From contig CM000429.1 in assembly GCA_000165345.1 (NCBI GenBank), positions 416,001 to 480,000 on the forward strand: DNA of 64,000 bases, read 5' to 3'. This document shows positions 9,305 to 19,506 of the stretch, in pieces. Numbering within the stretch: position 1 is the first letter of the stretch; the number at the start of each line of letters is the position of its first letter. A program made the position numbers and the translations under genes. A model generated the notes under the pieces. That model saw nothing but the letters and a program-made list of their open reading frames with translations, did no database searches and was not told the origin of the DNA.

Positions 9305-9883
9305 TTAAAGATTTATTTCAGTAGTACTGGATAGTAGTTCCTTAGGTTCAATATTATTGAGGCCTTCCTCTAATGGCATATAATATCCAATATTGCTTGT
9401 GGAATTATTGAATCTAGGATATCCAATATATGCGATATGTAAATTTCCGCCCATTGACATAATTTTTGATTCCCAATCAATGTTATTTATAAGTAATAGA
9501 AATATCTTCAAAGATAAAATCGAACAACAAAAATGATTTGTGATTCCAGATATAAAACTTATAAAATTTAAATCTGAAAGCGTAGCATTTTGAATTTCAG
9601 CATTAAAGAAATGGACCAAGCATCCAATAATACTTGTAATCGAATATATAATATAGAGTATTGGAACTTGCAGGTGAGTTGTAACAATGCCATTACCCAC
9701 AAAAAAAAAGATCTCCAAAAGTCCTAAAATTTGATTATTTAAATAGAATAAGCTGATTGCTCCAATCAAAACTTGTAATATTATGAAATAATTTATCAAT
9801 TTGCATAAGGGGAAAATTATGTTGTAAAGACCGATAAACTGTTCTTCATCTATAGTAAAGAATAAGCTACTCCATACAATCAT
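9305..9883 (-). CDS. Polytopic membrane protein, possibly the catalytic C-terminal part of a CAAX protease Rce1 / Abi (CPBP)-family intramembrane protease. Upstream exons are unresolved.
   Basis: About 5 TM helices. TIDEEQFIG resembles the EExxFR motif, IIGCLVHFFNAEI resembles FFGxAHxHH, and ITNHFCCS resembles HxxCN. Upstream, the frame stays open only to a TGA just after a CAG at about 9914, so a spliced 5' extension is possible but I could not build one. Confidence 0.35.
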   Translation of the reverse strand: MIVWSSLFFTIDEEQFIGLYNIIFPLCKLINYFIILQVLIGAISLFYLNNQILGLLEIFFFVGNGIVTTHLQVPILYIIYSITSIIGCLVHFFNAEIQNATLSDLNFISFISGITNHFCCSILSLKIFLLLINNIDWESKIMSMGGNLHIAYIGYPRFNNSTSNIGYYMPLEEGLNNIEPKELLSSTTEINL

Positions 9884-11053
9884 TGTTAAAGTATAAATAG
9901 CTTGAAAGTATGCAAGTCATTCACTGCAGAATAATTTAAAACAAAATATTAATTATACCTTTAAATAAATGTTTAAATTGAAAACAAATATTTTGTGGGA
10001 GGGAAAGTTGCATGTACTTCAATTAGTTATGAAAATATTGTATTGCTTCATTATAAATTATTATAGAATCTGTTCATACCTATATTAATTATTATTTAAA
10101 AAATTCGAGTATATACTATTTTATTTTCTTATTAATAGCTTTATAGAATTTGTGCTGTAGTAGATATCTAAGCCATTAATTTTTGAACGCAACACTATTA
10201 TTAGCTAGAGAAGTTCTGAAGCCACTAGGATTGGTTCGCTTATCTACATTTCATTTACCCAAATTCTTAGTTTCTTTGATAGCTTTAATAGTGTTACTAG
10301 CTAAATTTTCAAAAACATCATATCATTCCAAACTAAAAATTTGTAGTTATAAAAATACTTTAAGCATTTTCGAGATCAAATATTCAAATAAAGAAATTTT
10401 TTCGCTAGGGAAAATCTTTTTAAGTTACTGAAAATTTAAATTCCAAAGGATAAAAGGTCATCATTTTATTAATTAATCAAAACATTTAATAAACAACTCA
10501 GCAAGACTAAATATTATTTAATACAAAATGATTTTGTATTATCTAGATACTTAATCAGAGATAATATTTGTATAATTGATCTTTATATGTATGGTGAGTA
10601 GATTTTAATAACTATTTCTCATTTGATATATATCTGGGTCTGAAATAAAATCAACTATCTTTTAACATCTTTTTATAAGAAACTCGATCCTAATCGTTTG
10701 CACGAAGTTTTGGAATACGATAGAATTAACTAAATGCACATTGAGAATGTAAATTTTAATGTGCTCGATACTACTAATAATTGGTTTTAAAAAGTATATT
10801 CGTATTGCAACTTTACTTCATGTGTTAATTTAAAAGATATTTTATTAACCTTTCCCAAGGTTGGATCAATTATCGGGCGGTTACAAATATGAGACTGTAG
10901 AATTGGCTAAACAAACAAAGGATCGGGATAGAAAATAAGGATCCATACGTACATACCAGTATTTTATAAATACTGCAAATATATTTAATGCGTTTTTTCA
11001 TTTAAAAGTTTTTGTCAATCTAGCTAAATTTCTATTTATTAGCCAAAGGAATA

Positions 11054-11671
11054 ATGACGAATAATTGGAGAATGTTAAATTCTAATAAAAATCCGGAATC
11101 ACTGAGTGTATTTAGTGGTCTAAGTATTGATTTTGAAGCATATTGCAAGGAAATAGACAGCAAGCTTGTCAATATTTCGTGGATAAAGCCAGCTTCTGAA
11201 TCTTTAGGGTGTAGACCCTGTTATTTAATGTTTGGGGCGGTATTCATATTAGTTCTAATTGTAAGTATGGGTTATGCAGGAGCATTGATTTGTAACCTAG
11301 TTGGCTTTATCTATCCTGCATATATGAGCTTCAAAGCTCTAGAAACTCCAGGGAAATTGGATGACAAACAATGGTTAACTTACTGGGTGGTTTATGCAAT
11401 ATTTAATATTTTAGAAGTTTTTATTGATATTATACTTTTCTGGATGCCATTCTACTACTTATTTAAGCTCTGTTTTCTATTTTGGCTATTTTTGCCCCAA
11501 ACTACAGGAGCCGTAACTTTGTATAATAATATTTTTCGCCCACTGTTAATTAGGTTTGAAAAAAAAATAGATAATACAATTGAAAATGTTTTGGATGTAT
11601 CAAACTCCGCAAGACTAGTTGCTCAACGATATTCAAAAAAACTACTCGAAGGTTCTGAAAAAATAGAATAA
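11054..11671 (+). CDS. YOP1: TB2/DP1/HVA22 (Yop1/REEP5) family ER-shaping reticulon-like protein, 205 aa.
   Basis: The segment NLVGFIYPAYMSFKALETPGKLDDKQWLTYWVVYAIFNILEVFIDIILFWMPFYYLFKLCFLFWLFLPQTTGAVTLYNNIFRP is the diagnostic TB2/DP1 core (YPAYxSxKAIE...DDxQWLTYWVVY...W.PFYY...FL.WL.LP.T.GA..LY). Confidence 0.85.
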   Translation: MTNNWRMLNSNKNPESLSVFSGLSIDFEAYCKEIDSKLVNISWIKPASESLGCRPCYLMFGAVFILVLIVSMGYAGALICNLVGFIYPAYMSFKALETPGKLDDKQWLTYWVVYAIFNILEVFIDIILFWMPFYYLFKLCFLFWLFLPQTTGAVTLYNNIFRPLLIRFEKKIDNTIENVLDVSNSARLVAQRYSKKLLEGSEKIE

Positions 11672-11805
11672 TAGTTTACCAAAAAAGGTAGAACTTATTT
11701 TATGTGCTTGCAGGAAAACTTGTGTTAATTAAGTTTATTGAATAAGCGTTTACTTTCTAAATATTTTTCCTAGCCATTGACATCAGCTGTGCTTAGTAAT
11801 CATTG

Positions 11806-11814
11806 TTGGCGCCA
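11806..11814. promoter_or_regulatory. Palindromic E2F/DP-like motif TTGGCGCCA, about 195 bp upstream of the 12008 gene.
   Basis: Exact TTGGCGCCA lies in the intergenic spacer. TGGCGCCA-type palindromes are E2F/DP-class sites. Confidence 0.4.
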
Positions 11815-12007
11815 GTTACTGTGGGGGCAAATTAATACAATGTAATGCGAATATAAGTTAGAGCTGAAATTAACATAAGGAGATATTAATTAATTTAAAT
11901 AGAAAAACTAGATGATTATGGGATCATCATCTTGAGCAATTCTTACTGTTGATTATTATTAATATCGTTCCAGCCTTGCTGGGTTTATATTCAGAGAATA
12001 CTGAAAT

Positions 12008-14806
12008 ATGATTGAAGAAAGCTATTCAAACTTTAGTAAAAGAGGTGATATAGAGAATCCTATTGAAATATTAGATAATGGAACCTTCCAAGATAGGGAA
12101 AACTTGAGTGTAACATCAAATAAACATACTGGGGAAGATTCACACAAAGTCATTCCATTTGAATATGGCAACGGATATGGATATTTATATACAAGACTGA
12201 AGTGGATTTTGGACAACAATGAAACAAATGGTCAATTTAAGAATGAAATGTACTCTTTACTTGAAACTATTGGCGAATTAAGAGTTTTGGGAGTGTATAA
12301 TGAGCCATACAAAAAGTATCGGAAGGCATTTGACATTTTTTCAATGAAATTTGATTCTTACAGTGAATACAATGAGAACATTATTGGCGATTTACGTTAT
12401 CAGTGTTATCAAAGCTCTTCATCTGGTAGGAAAGAGTTAAAAATTATTGATAGAGGCATTAAGGAATGGAGTAAGCGTGATCGAGAAAATAAATTATTGC
12501 ATTCATACAGGGACGCAATGTCTGAATGGCTAAATAAAAGCGAGTTAGGGATAAATAAAATGGAACCCAAAGCTATTAATAGCGAAAATATTTTTAAAGA
12601 AATTATAAATTATTCAAAAGATGTAAACAACCCTCTGCAACAATCACAAATACTATCATTTCTATCAATATCATATATTTCAGAAAAGCTGTTTCCATTT
12701 ATGTCGGGGCAATTAGCTAATAACACTTCAAGTGGAACGTTTTCATGCGGAGTTCTTAGCGATACAATAAGATCTGAAACACAAAATCCAAATGGCTCTA
12801 TTTCTTCTATTGAATTAGTTAACGAAAATGCTGTAGAAGATGCAGCTATTTCAATCGAGGAAAAACAAAACCCTTTGAGAACTGATTTCGCTTTGGAGGT
12901 AATCCAAAAAAGTAGCGAAAATTCTCTTAATAGTTTAAGAATACATAAAAATGAATCAGTTATGAACTGGATAAAAAGCAACTCTATCAGAAGGCAAGAT
13001 GCTAACGGTCAAAAGCCTGAACTAATTTACGATAAAATCCGAAAAGAAAGAAAAAAACAACTATCATTAGACAGAGAGAAGATTTTGTCTCAGGGGCTCA
13101 CTAGAGGTTCATATGATATTAATAAAGATATTTCAAATTCTTCTTTAAATAAGGACTTTATTTTAAAAGAATATTTTACTGATTATTTCTCGATTTACAA
13201 ATTATTCATTTCTACGAGGGAGAATTTATACAGCCAACGTGAATATTATAAATCAATTCCAATTGTTGGATCTATTCGATATAAGAAACAAAAGATTGAC
13301 CTCGAAGAAGTAAGAACAAGACAATTTCAAAGCATTTACAATGATGGAATTCACTCCGAACTCGTGAGCAAAATACGAAGAGTCTTAATCTATAGGAGTG
13401 AATGGAAACGCCCTCCAATGTACTTATTGATCACTCATAAAGGAAGGCATTGCAAAGGAAATTATCCTTTGGCAAAAGAGGACAACATTAACTATGATAT
13501 TGATACAGATGAGGAATGGGAGGAGCAATTTGGTGGTGAGGACGTAGAAAATGTTGATGATATACCTGATGTTTACGAAGAAGATGATGACAACGATGCA
13601 GTAGCTTCGGGATGGTTAGTTCCAGATGGGTGTTTTCAATCTGATGAACTATTAGATGAGTTCACAATTGGAAATTCAATTAACGATCATCGCGCAAATA
13701 TGGTAAATCTACTTCCTCTTTCATCCCAATATCCATCTCCTGTCGTAGTTTCATTCCTGAATCATACAAGCGTTGATTTTGGAGTTGGTATTTCGACTCC
13801 AAACGAAGAGTATGTAAATTCTATATTAAAAGGTTATTTAATACATTTTACACAAGATATTAGTTGGATATATAGTAAAATGGATACATCTAGATTTTAC
13901 TTGAGTATTACACCAGATGAATCAAATTTCCAACCCTCAAATATATCAGAAATTTCTAATGCAAAAAAAAACGTCCTCGACTTGCAATTCAAACAAGATT
14001 TATCTTACTTTATTCATGGAAAATGGGCGTCAATAAAAAAATTAGTCGACGACTTTTTTGAAATAAATAGCTATAAAGATATTAAAAAGGCGTCAGTTGT
14101 TCACTTCATTAAAGAGAATGTAAGAAAAGCAAAGCTTACAGGAGATGTCAAGTTTAGATGGTATGTTAACGAGAATTGTGCGAATCTTGGATTAGATCCA
14201 GAAAAGTTGTCAGAATTATTGGCGCAGAGAAGGGCAGAAGAAAAAAATCTTTCTAATAAAGTCGAACTCACAAAAATTACACAAAATCGAGCTTACCTAC
14301 AGTCAGATGCGGGCTCCCCAAGTCTTAAATATCAGATACAAAATTCTGGAAATTGCCCCAACTCCAATGGAAAAGGAAAGCAGACAGAATCATGTCAATA
14401 CTTAAATGGCATTGATCCCGAATATTATATTAATCAAAAAATTGTCTCAGAGAACGATGAGAATAACAACATTAATTCGCAATGTAGCTTGAAAAGTACA
14501 GATTATGTATTGAATTATATCTCATCCTCTCAAGGAAGTGAACGATCTAGTATCAACAGTCAAGTGATTGATAAGGAAACGCACACAGGAACAGTGTACA
14601 ATAAAAAGAGGAAATTTTCGACTCCAATAAGAAATGTGCCTGATGATCATTCTAACTACCCATCATTTAACCAAAAAAGAGACGCAGATGAAACGGATGG
14701 GGTTGGGAGCATTCGAACAAATACTCCGGAAAGTAAGAAAGGCCATGCATATTTATATAACAATTCACTTATTACACACTTCTTCCCGCCCAAAGCAAAA
14801 GGCTAA
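12008..14806 (+). CDS. Hypothetical 932-aa protein with a central acidic tract followed by a GWLVPDG motif. It possibly resembles the chromatin-assembly-factor-1 large subunit, but this is weak.
   Basis: The segment WEEQFGGEDVENVDDIPDVYEEDDDNDAVASGWLVPDGCFQSDELLDEF matches an ED-rich block plus WxVPxGY, similar to the p60-binding region of CAF-1 p150. The rest is unrecognised. Antisense ORFs 12022..12219 and 12610..12981 rejected. Confidence 0.7.
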   Translation: MIEESYSNFSKRGDIENPIEILDNGTFQDRENLSVTSNKHTGEDSHKVIPFEYGNGYGYLYTRLKWILDNNETNGQFKNEMYSLLETIGELRVLGVYNEPYKKYRKAFDIFSMKFDSYSEYNENIIGDLRYQCYQSSSSGRKELKIIDRGIKEWSKRDRENKLLHSYRDAMSEWLNKSELGINKMEPKAINSENIFKEIINYSKDVNNPLQQSQILSFLSISYISEKLFPFMSGQLANNTSSGTFSCGVLSDTIRSETQNPNGSISSIELVNENAVEDAAISIEEKQNPLRTDFALEVIQKSSENSLNSLRIHKNESVMNWIKSNSIRRQDANGQKPELIYDKIRKERKKQLSLDREKILSQGLTRGSYDINKDISNSSLNKDFILKEYFTDYFSIYKLFISTRENLYSQREYYKSIPIVGSIRYKKQKIDLEEVRTRQFQSIYNDGIHSELVSKIRRVLIYRSEWKRPPMYLLITHKGRHCKGNYPLAKEDNINYDIDTDEEWEEQFGGEDVENVDDIPDVYEEDDDNDAVASGWLVPDGCFQSDELLDEFTIGNSINDHRANMVNLLPLSSQYPSPVVVSFLNHTSVDFGVGISTPNEEYVNSILKGYLIHFTQDISWIYSKMDTSRFYLSITPDESNFQPSNISEISNAKKNVLDLQFKQDLSYFIHGKWASIKKLVDDFFEINSYKDIKKASVVHFIKENVRKAKLTGDVKFRWYVNENCANLGLDPEKLSELLAQRRAEEKNLSNKVELTKITQNRAYLQSDAGSPSLKYQIQNSGNCPNSNGKGKQTESCQYLNGIDPEYYINQKIVSENDENNNINSQCSLKSTDYVLNYISSSQGSERSSINSQVIDKETHTGTVYNKKRKFSTPIRNVPDDHSNYPSFNQKRDADETDGVGSIRTNTPESKKGHAYLYNNSLITHFFPPKAKG

Positions 14807-14821
14807 AGATAGTACTTTATA

Positions 14822-15271
14822 TTAGTAGCGTTTGATAAAGTCCTTTTTTCTATATATTTTAATAGGAAATTTTATGCCCTGATTATTTTTTCCCAATCCC
14901 TCTCCTTGTTTCCAGCCCATTTTTTCAAGTAGTTTTTGGCCTATTTCAAATTTGATTTCAGTTTTCTCAACTGAAATTTTATTCTCTGCCGGGGGAGACT
15001 CGCTTTTATTTTGGTGTATAGTATAAGTATTTGGTGATTTAGGATCGTATTCCAGATCTAAAAGGTTTCCACTTTTATTCCCACATCGAATATCTTGCCC
15101 CTCCATTTCGCAAACTATATTATGGTTTATTGATGAGTCAATGAATATATTCCATGTGTTAGACTTTTTAATTGCGGAAATTTCATCGATACCAGAACTT
15201 GACGATGTTTCAGTATCAGGATTGCTTCTTTTTGAAACTGGGGGTGGGAGCCCGAAATATAGGTCATCCAT
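14822..15271 (-). CDS. G-patch domain protein, 149 aa.
   Basis: The C-terminal IGQKLLEKMGWKQGEGLGKNNQGIKFPI fits the G-patch consensus (G.KLL.KMGW..G.GLGK...GI..PI). It is convergent with the previous gene, with the two stops 15 bp apart. Confidence 0.7.
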   Translation of the reverse strand: MDDLYFGLPPPVSKRSNPDTETSSSSGIDEISAIKKSNTWNIFIDSSINHNIVCEMEGQDIRCGNKSGNLLDLEYDPKSPNTYTIHQNKSESPPAENKISVEKTEIKFEIGQKLLEKMGWKQGEGLGKNNQGIKFPIKIYRKKDFIKRY

Positions 15272-15452
15272 AATTGTATTAATTCATTTTTTTTATATAA
15301 TTAAATGAATGAAACCTGAATTATTCATTAAAATCGACTCTGCGCCTAGATTGAGGTACAAAAGGACATTTTCTGCGAAAATACTCATTTTTTTTTATTA
15401 AATTAATAGAAAAAAAATTAGATTTCTTTTAATATTGTATTTCATTAAATTT

Positions 15453-16583
15453 ATGGAATTGGATTCAATTAAAGCTAATGATCAGCACTGCTACTCAAAT
15501 GAAAAAAATAAAACAGGGATACCAATATTAACGGGTAGGAACAATGTTGACAAAGTTGTCGAATATTTTTGGGAGCACTTGAAGAGAAACTTATCATTTG
15601 AAGCAAATTCAAGGGTTTATAAACCTTTAATATCGGCATTATTTTCACTGTCGAGAGTTGCTTCAGAAAGCCTTGCAACAAACTCGCCAGAACTAATTAC
15701 AGAAATAACTGCAGCTAAAGAGATTTTAATGTTGAGTTTAAGTGACGAAAAGGCTCTTTATAAGCTTGTTTCTGAGTTTGGTACAACGAATATTTCAATC
15801 GCCCCAATTTGTAAAATTTTTGAATCCAAAATACTAAGTTTAGTGCTTGAGGGTTGCGACTCATCCGAATCACAAGTTACATTCTTAAAAAATATAATAA
15901 TTGAAAAAACAGATAGTTTTGTGAAAAACTTTATTTTTGGAATACAAAAAATGGTTGACTTATCTTTATCAATCTTTGTAAAGGATAGAATGACAATATT
16001 AACATTTGGATATAGTGAAAATGTTGAAATGGTACTTGAAAATGCATGGGAAAATTTTAATAAACACTATAATTTGTTTGTTGTTATGCCAAGCGAAGCA
16101 AAACAAACCAATATTGAATCTGAAGTCCGTAAAGGATTATATTCTTACCAACAAAGGAAGGTCAGCGAATGGGAAAATGGACTGACTAAAAGGGGGATTA
16201 ATATTTCTATATTATCTATGGACACAATTTATAATGCAATGAATATTGTGGACTTTGTATTACTGAATATTGAATGCATACTTGAAAATGGATCAGCAAT
16301 AGGAATTTGTGGGACTGCGGCAATATCTTGTATCGCAAAAAAAGTTTTCAACAAGCCAGTTTATATTGTCACGCATTCAACAAAGTTCACAAATTTATTG
16401 CCTTTTAATATGAATATAAATAATATTCTGTCTGACATTACTTACCAGAATCATCAGCTAAATAGCAGTCCAGTTACTTCAATTGTAGATATTTCAGAGA
16501 GCTCTTATATTTCAATGATATTTACGGACATTGGTGCAATGACACCCCAAAATGTCTCATTAGAAACTAAACAATATACCTAA
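15453..16583 (+). CDS. eIF2B alpha/beta/delta-family subunit (IF-2B family, possibly eIF2B-beta). The track ORF starts at an in-frame TTG at 15435, and the first ATG is at 15453.
   Basis: The C-terminal half reads ILTFGYSENVEMVLENAW...VVMPSEAKQ...ILENGSAIGICGTAAISCIAKKVFNKPVYIVTHSTKFTNLLPF, giving the IF-2B family signature (...NGxxxNKIGTxxxAxxAKxxxxPxYVxxxxxKF). Confidence 0.65.
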   Translation: MELDSIKANDQHCYSNEKNKTGIPILTGRNNVDKVVEYFWEHLKRNLSFEANSRVYKPLISALFSLSRVASESLATNSPELITEITAAKEILMLSLSDEKALYKLVSEFGTTNISIAPICKIFESKILSLVLEGCDSSESQVTFLKNIIIEKTDSFVKNFIFGIQKMVDLSLSIFVKDRMTILTFGYSENVEMVLENAWENFNKHYNLFVVMPSEAKQTNIESEVRKGLYSYQQRKVSEWENGLTKRGINISILSMDTIYNAMNIVDFVLLNIECILENGSAIGICGTAAISCIAKKVFNKPVYIVTHSTKFTNLLPFNMNINNILSDITYQNHQLNSSPVTSIVDISESSYISMIFTDIGAMTPQNVSLETKQYT

Positions 16584-16786
16584 CAAAAGTTTTCTAATTT
16601 TTTTTAATATTTTTTAAAAGAATTCATAAAAGCTGTTGGGAAATACTAAGTCAATGTAACTGTCTCTAGCCGACTTAGTCTGAATCTAAGGAAAACCAAA
16701 ATAAAACAGGTTTGCAAGATTAATATGTAATTAAATATAGGAACACTTATTTATTGTTAAGAAATTAATCTATGTTATTAGTGTGA

Positions 16787-16806
16787 TTTTTTTTTTTTTT
16801 TTTTTT
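16787..16806. repeat. Poly(T) homopolymer of about 20 nt in the spacer upstream of the 16994 secreted-protein gene.
   Basis: GTGTGA(T)20GCAAC. It is the longest homopolymer run in the window. Confidence 0.8.
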
Positions 16807-16993
16807 GCAACTTTCAAAAATGTGTACAATATATCTACCAAACACACATTAAGTCCGATTACTTTTCATTTATATGAACTTTTTAAAAAATTGTATAATG
16901 CTAGATTATTGATAAATAAGTCAGCAAGAATATATATTTGGTTAAATAAAATCATTTAAAATTCTAAATTTCTCACTAATCAGCTGAATAATA

Positions 16994-18454
16994 ATGGATT
17001 TGCTTTACCTTCTATTTTTATCGTTCCTTATTTATGTGAACGGAATAAGAAACTTTCCTACTTTGGACGTCAAAGAATTCAGATCAAATGGTCTATCACA
17101 CTTTGGGAGAGTTGATGTTGGGAAAATAGATATTATTGAGGCTAACAGTCTTTATGAATCCGAAGAGGTACTTAATAAGCTTGTTTTAGCAACAAAAAGA
17201 CAACAGGAGCTAAAAGAAAAGGAAATAAACATTAAAGCTGCAATTGGTTCTAATTTGCATAAATTGAATGCAATAAGCGAGCTATTACAAATGTTAATTG
17301 AAAAAACATCGATTGAGATTAATGGAGTTGTCACTGAACTTAAAAGTACTGTTAAAGAGTCGGAGAAAACAAAAAATATGTTTTTAGTGCAGCAGAATTA
17401 CAAGGTTGTACCAACTAAAAAGCTTCCGTTGGCAGAGTATTCAGAATCAGAACTTGATACTTTTTCTAAATTTTCTGCCGGTGGAGAGTATCATGGTCTA
17501 GATTGTCCATTAAGTTGTTCTCCAAGCAGCTGCGATAATCAGCCAAAAGAACCAACTCATTGTTTCAAAGCAGAGACCCTAAAAGACGGTACTTTTGCTT
17601 CTAACTGTGTACCATTTACGAATCCAAAAACACTGACGTGCCCAAAAGGTTTTATTCGTTGTGCTTTATCACAACCAAGCAGGGGAAATTTATATGAAAT
17701 ACTAAAATCTACGGAGACGAGTACAGAAAATTCTATTAAAACTGTAAACAACAAAAAAAGATCTATTGCAATTTCAGGTAGAAACATGCATCAATGTCTA
17801 AGACTGCTAGTTGTTTCCAAGAAAACGAGCTGTAATATAGAAAATATCTTTGCTGCAGTTGACGAGTCAAGACAACTAATTATCCCTAATGGAAATAGTG
17901 TATTTCCAACTATTAAAGGCGATGTTGCTTTATTTGAAGATGTTCAAGTTAAGAAGGCAGGAAAATTCCAGCTTTGCCTATTACAATTTTACCAAGATCC
18001 TAATATAAGTGGGGGGGAAGGAGCTAGAATTATGGGTTCAGATTCTATTGGCGAGTTGAACGTGTTAAATGAAGATGAAGAAATCAGAGAAGATTTAAAA
18101 TCCAGCAGCCAGAAAGAAAATACTGAAGTATATGAAAAAGATGAAACTATTGTGGGCGCAGGAATTAAAGATGAAAAAGGCCCTAGCAATCAAGAGGAAG
18201 AGAATGAAAAAAAAGTTGTGTTGGAAAATGATGATGGAAATCAGTTGGATGATGATAAAAAAAAAAGTCATTGGGGAGTATTTTGGTATATCTTACCGAT
18301 TATATTAATTCTATTTTCATCTGGAGCAGGGTTTGCATATTACTATTATTTAAATAATAAAGAATTTGTTCATTCAAAAATAATAAATTTGCCATATCTT
18401 AGTGCATTATTTAATGTTCCAAATTCCATTACCCATGAAAACAAGGAAAAATAG
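16994..18454 (+). CDS. Type I membrane / secreted protein, 486 aa. It has an N-terminal signal peptide, a Cys-rich ectodomain, an acidic E/D/K-rich region and a single C-terminal TM helix.
   Basis: MDLLYLLFLSFLIYVNG is a signal peptide. CPLSCSPSSCDNQPKEPTHCF...CVPFTNPKTLTCPKGFIRCAL is cysteine-rich. EDEEIREDLKSSSQKENTEVYEKDETIVGAGIKDEKGPSNQEEENEKK is acidic. WGVFWYILPIILILFSSGAGFAYYYYL is the TM helix. Confidence 0.6.
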   Translation: MDLLYLLFLSFLIYVNGIRNFPTLDVKEFRSNGLSHFGRVDVGKIDIIEANSLYESEEVLNKLVLATKRQQELKEKEINIKAAIGSNLHKLNAISELLQMLIEKTSIEINGVVTELKSTVKESEKTKNMFLVQQNYKVVPTKKLPLAEYSESELDTFSKFSAGGEYHGLDCPLSCSPSSCDNQPKEPTHCFKAETLKDGTFASNCVPFTNPKTLTCPKGFIRCALSQPSRGNLYEILKSTETSTENSIKTVNNKKRSIAISGRNMHQCLRLLVVSKKTSCNIENIFAAVDESRQLIIPNGNSVFPTIKGDVALFEDVQVKKAGKFQLCLLQFYQDPNISGGEGARIMGSDSIGELNVLNEDEEIREDLKSSSQKENTEVYEKDETIVGAGIKDEKGPSNQEEENEKKVVLENDDGNQLDDDKKKSHWGVFWYILPIILILFSSGAGFAYYYYLNNKEFVHSKIINLPYLSALFNVPNSITHENKEK

Positions 18455-18707
18455 TCAGATTAAATTTTTTCGAATGGCTAAATAAAAAATAAACTTGTTT
18501 AAATTATATATTGGGAAATCTTTGAATTCAATTTCTAGGATAAATCTATTAAATATTCAAGAATGACCTAATTATTGATGATTCTCTCAAGTTTTTAATG
18601 TTTAATATATATTTAAGAAATCTATGAATATTTGAAATATCATTGTATACTATTTTTGGTAAAGGAATTTCTGGGAATAACTTGGAAATCTAAAAAGATA
18701 TTATTAA

Positions 18708-19319
18708 TTACTTTATTATAATATAAATTACCTGTATTCTTAGTTTGAATAGACTATCTGTAGAGCAAATTAACATGTCATCTTTATCTTCATTAAACCC
18801 TGTAATTTTAATCAGAATGTTATTTTTATTTGGCATTGAAATATCTATATCAATTTTATCTACTTCATTTGCGTCTTGCGTAATTAATTCAAAACATTTT
18901 GAACCAATACTATCAAATTTGTTCTCTATTTCAAGTTGATTCATAAGAAAAATTTGGTTTGATTCTAAACTTGAAGATTTATTTTCTATCGATTCAAATA
19001 AATGGATATCAACAAGGTGTTGCATAACTGCCTCATTTTCGATAATAGATCCACAGAACCTGCATATTATTGCGATTCCAGTTCTACAAATTTGTCTGTA
19101 TTGTTCAAACTCAAAAAGTAAAGATTCCTGTTTCCTATTAATGGCTACTAGCTTTTCAATTTGGTTCTGAAGAATCTCTTTATTTCTATTACTTTCATTT
19201 TGAATCTTTATATATTTCAGTTTGAGCTCTTTTAATTCTTGTTCAAGTATAACAGAGCGTTGGTAATAAAAGTGTGGGGTTTTCCCGTTTTCATCTATGC
19301 AACTGTTTAAATTTTTCAT
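18708..19319 (-). CDS. Hypothetical coiled-coil protein with a single C2H2-type zinc-finger motif (CRFCGSIIENEAVMQHLVDIH). The track start at 19325 is a GTG, and the first ATG is at 19319.
   Basis: ORF of about 203 aa. The motif has C-x2-C-x12-H-x4-H spacing. The N-terminal half shows heptad repeats. Confidence 0.5.
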   Translation of the reverse strand: MKNLNSCIDENGKTPHFYYQRSVILEQELKELKLKYIKIQNESNRNKEILQNQIEKLVAINRKQESLLFEFEQYRQICRTGIAIICRFCGSIIENEAVMQHLVDIHLFESIENKSSSLESNQIFLMNQLEIENKFDSIGSKCFELITQDANEVDKIDIDISMPNKNNILIKITGFNEDKDDMLICSTDSLFKLRIQVIYIIIK

Positions 19320-19506
19320 CAGCACAGAAACATATATTATTTTATATTTATTATCTTTGATAGTAATGCATAAGTTGCAATTGTGGGGATTTAAATTGTT
19401 TGCAGGGGGTATGTTGCCGGTTGAAATAACAAAGAAAAAATGAAATTGTGAAAAACTTTTTAAAATTAAAAGTTAAAATAATAAATAAATATAAAAATAT
19501 ATTATA

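Noticed and set aside
9901-9960. Candidate intron (GTATAA...CTGCAG) and upstream mini-exon for the 9305..9883 gene
   Set aside because: The reading frame after the CAG acceptor hits TGA immediately, and no in-phase donor/acceptor pair could be found. The upstream exon structure is left unresolved.
10183-10431. 82-aa TTG-initiated ORF in the long 9884..11053 spacer
   Set aside because: Hydrophobic low-complexity translation of AT-rich DNA with no motif. It may instead be UTR or intron sequence of the neighbouring genes.
10580-10690. ATGTATG|GTGAGT ... TTTTATAAG possible micro-exon or 5'-UTR intron upstream of Yop1
   Set aside because: There is no coding support on either side and it is not in frame with Yop1. 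Purely speculative.
14634-14825. 63-aa ORF overlapping the end of the 12008 gene in another frame
   Set aside because: Out-of-frame overlap with a 932-aa CDS, and it runs into the convergent G-patch gene.
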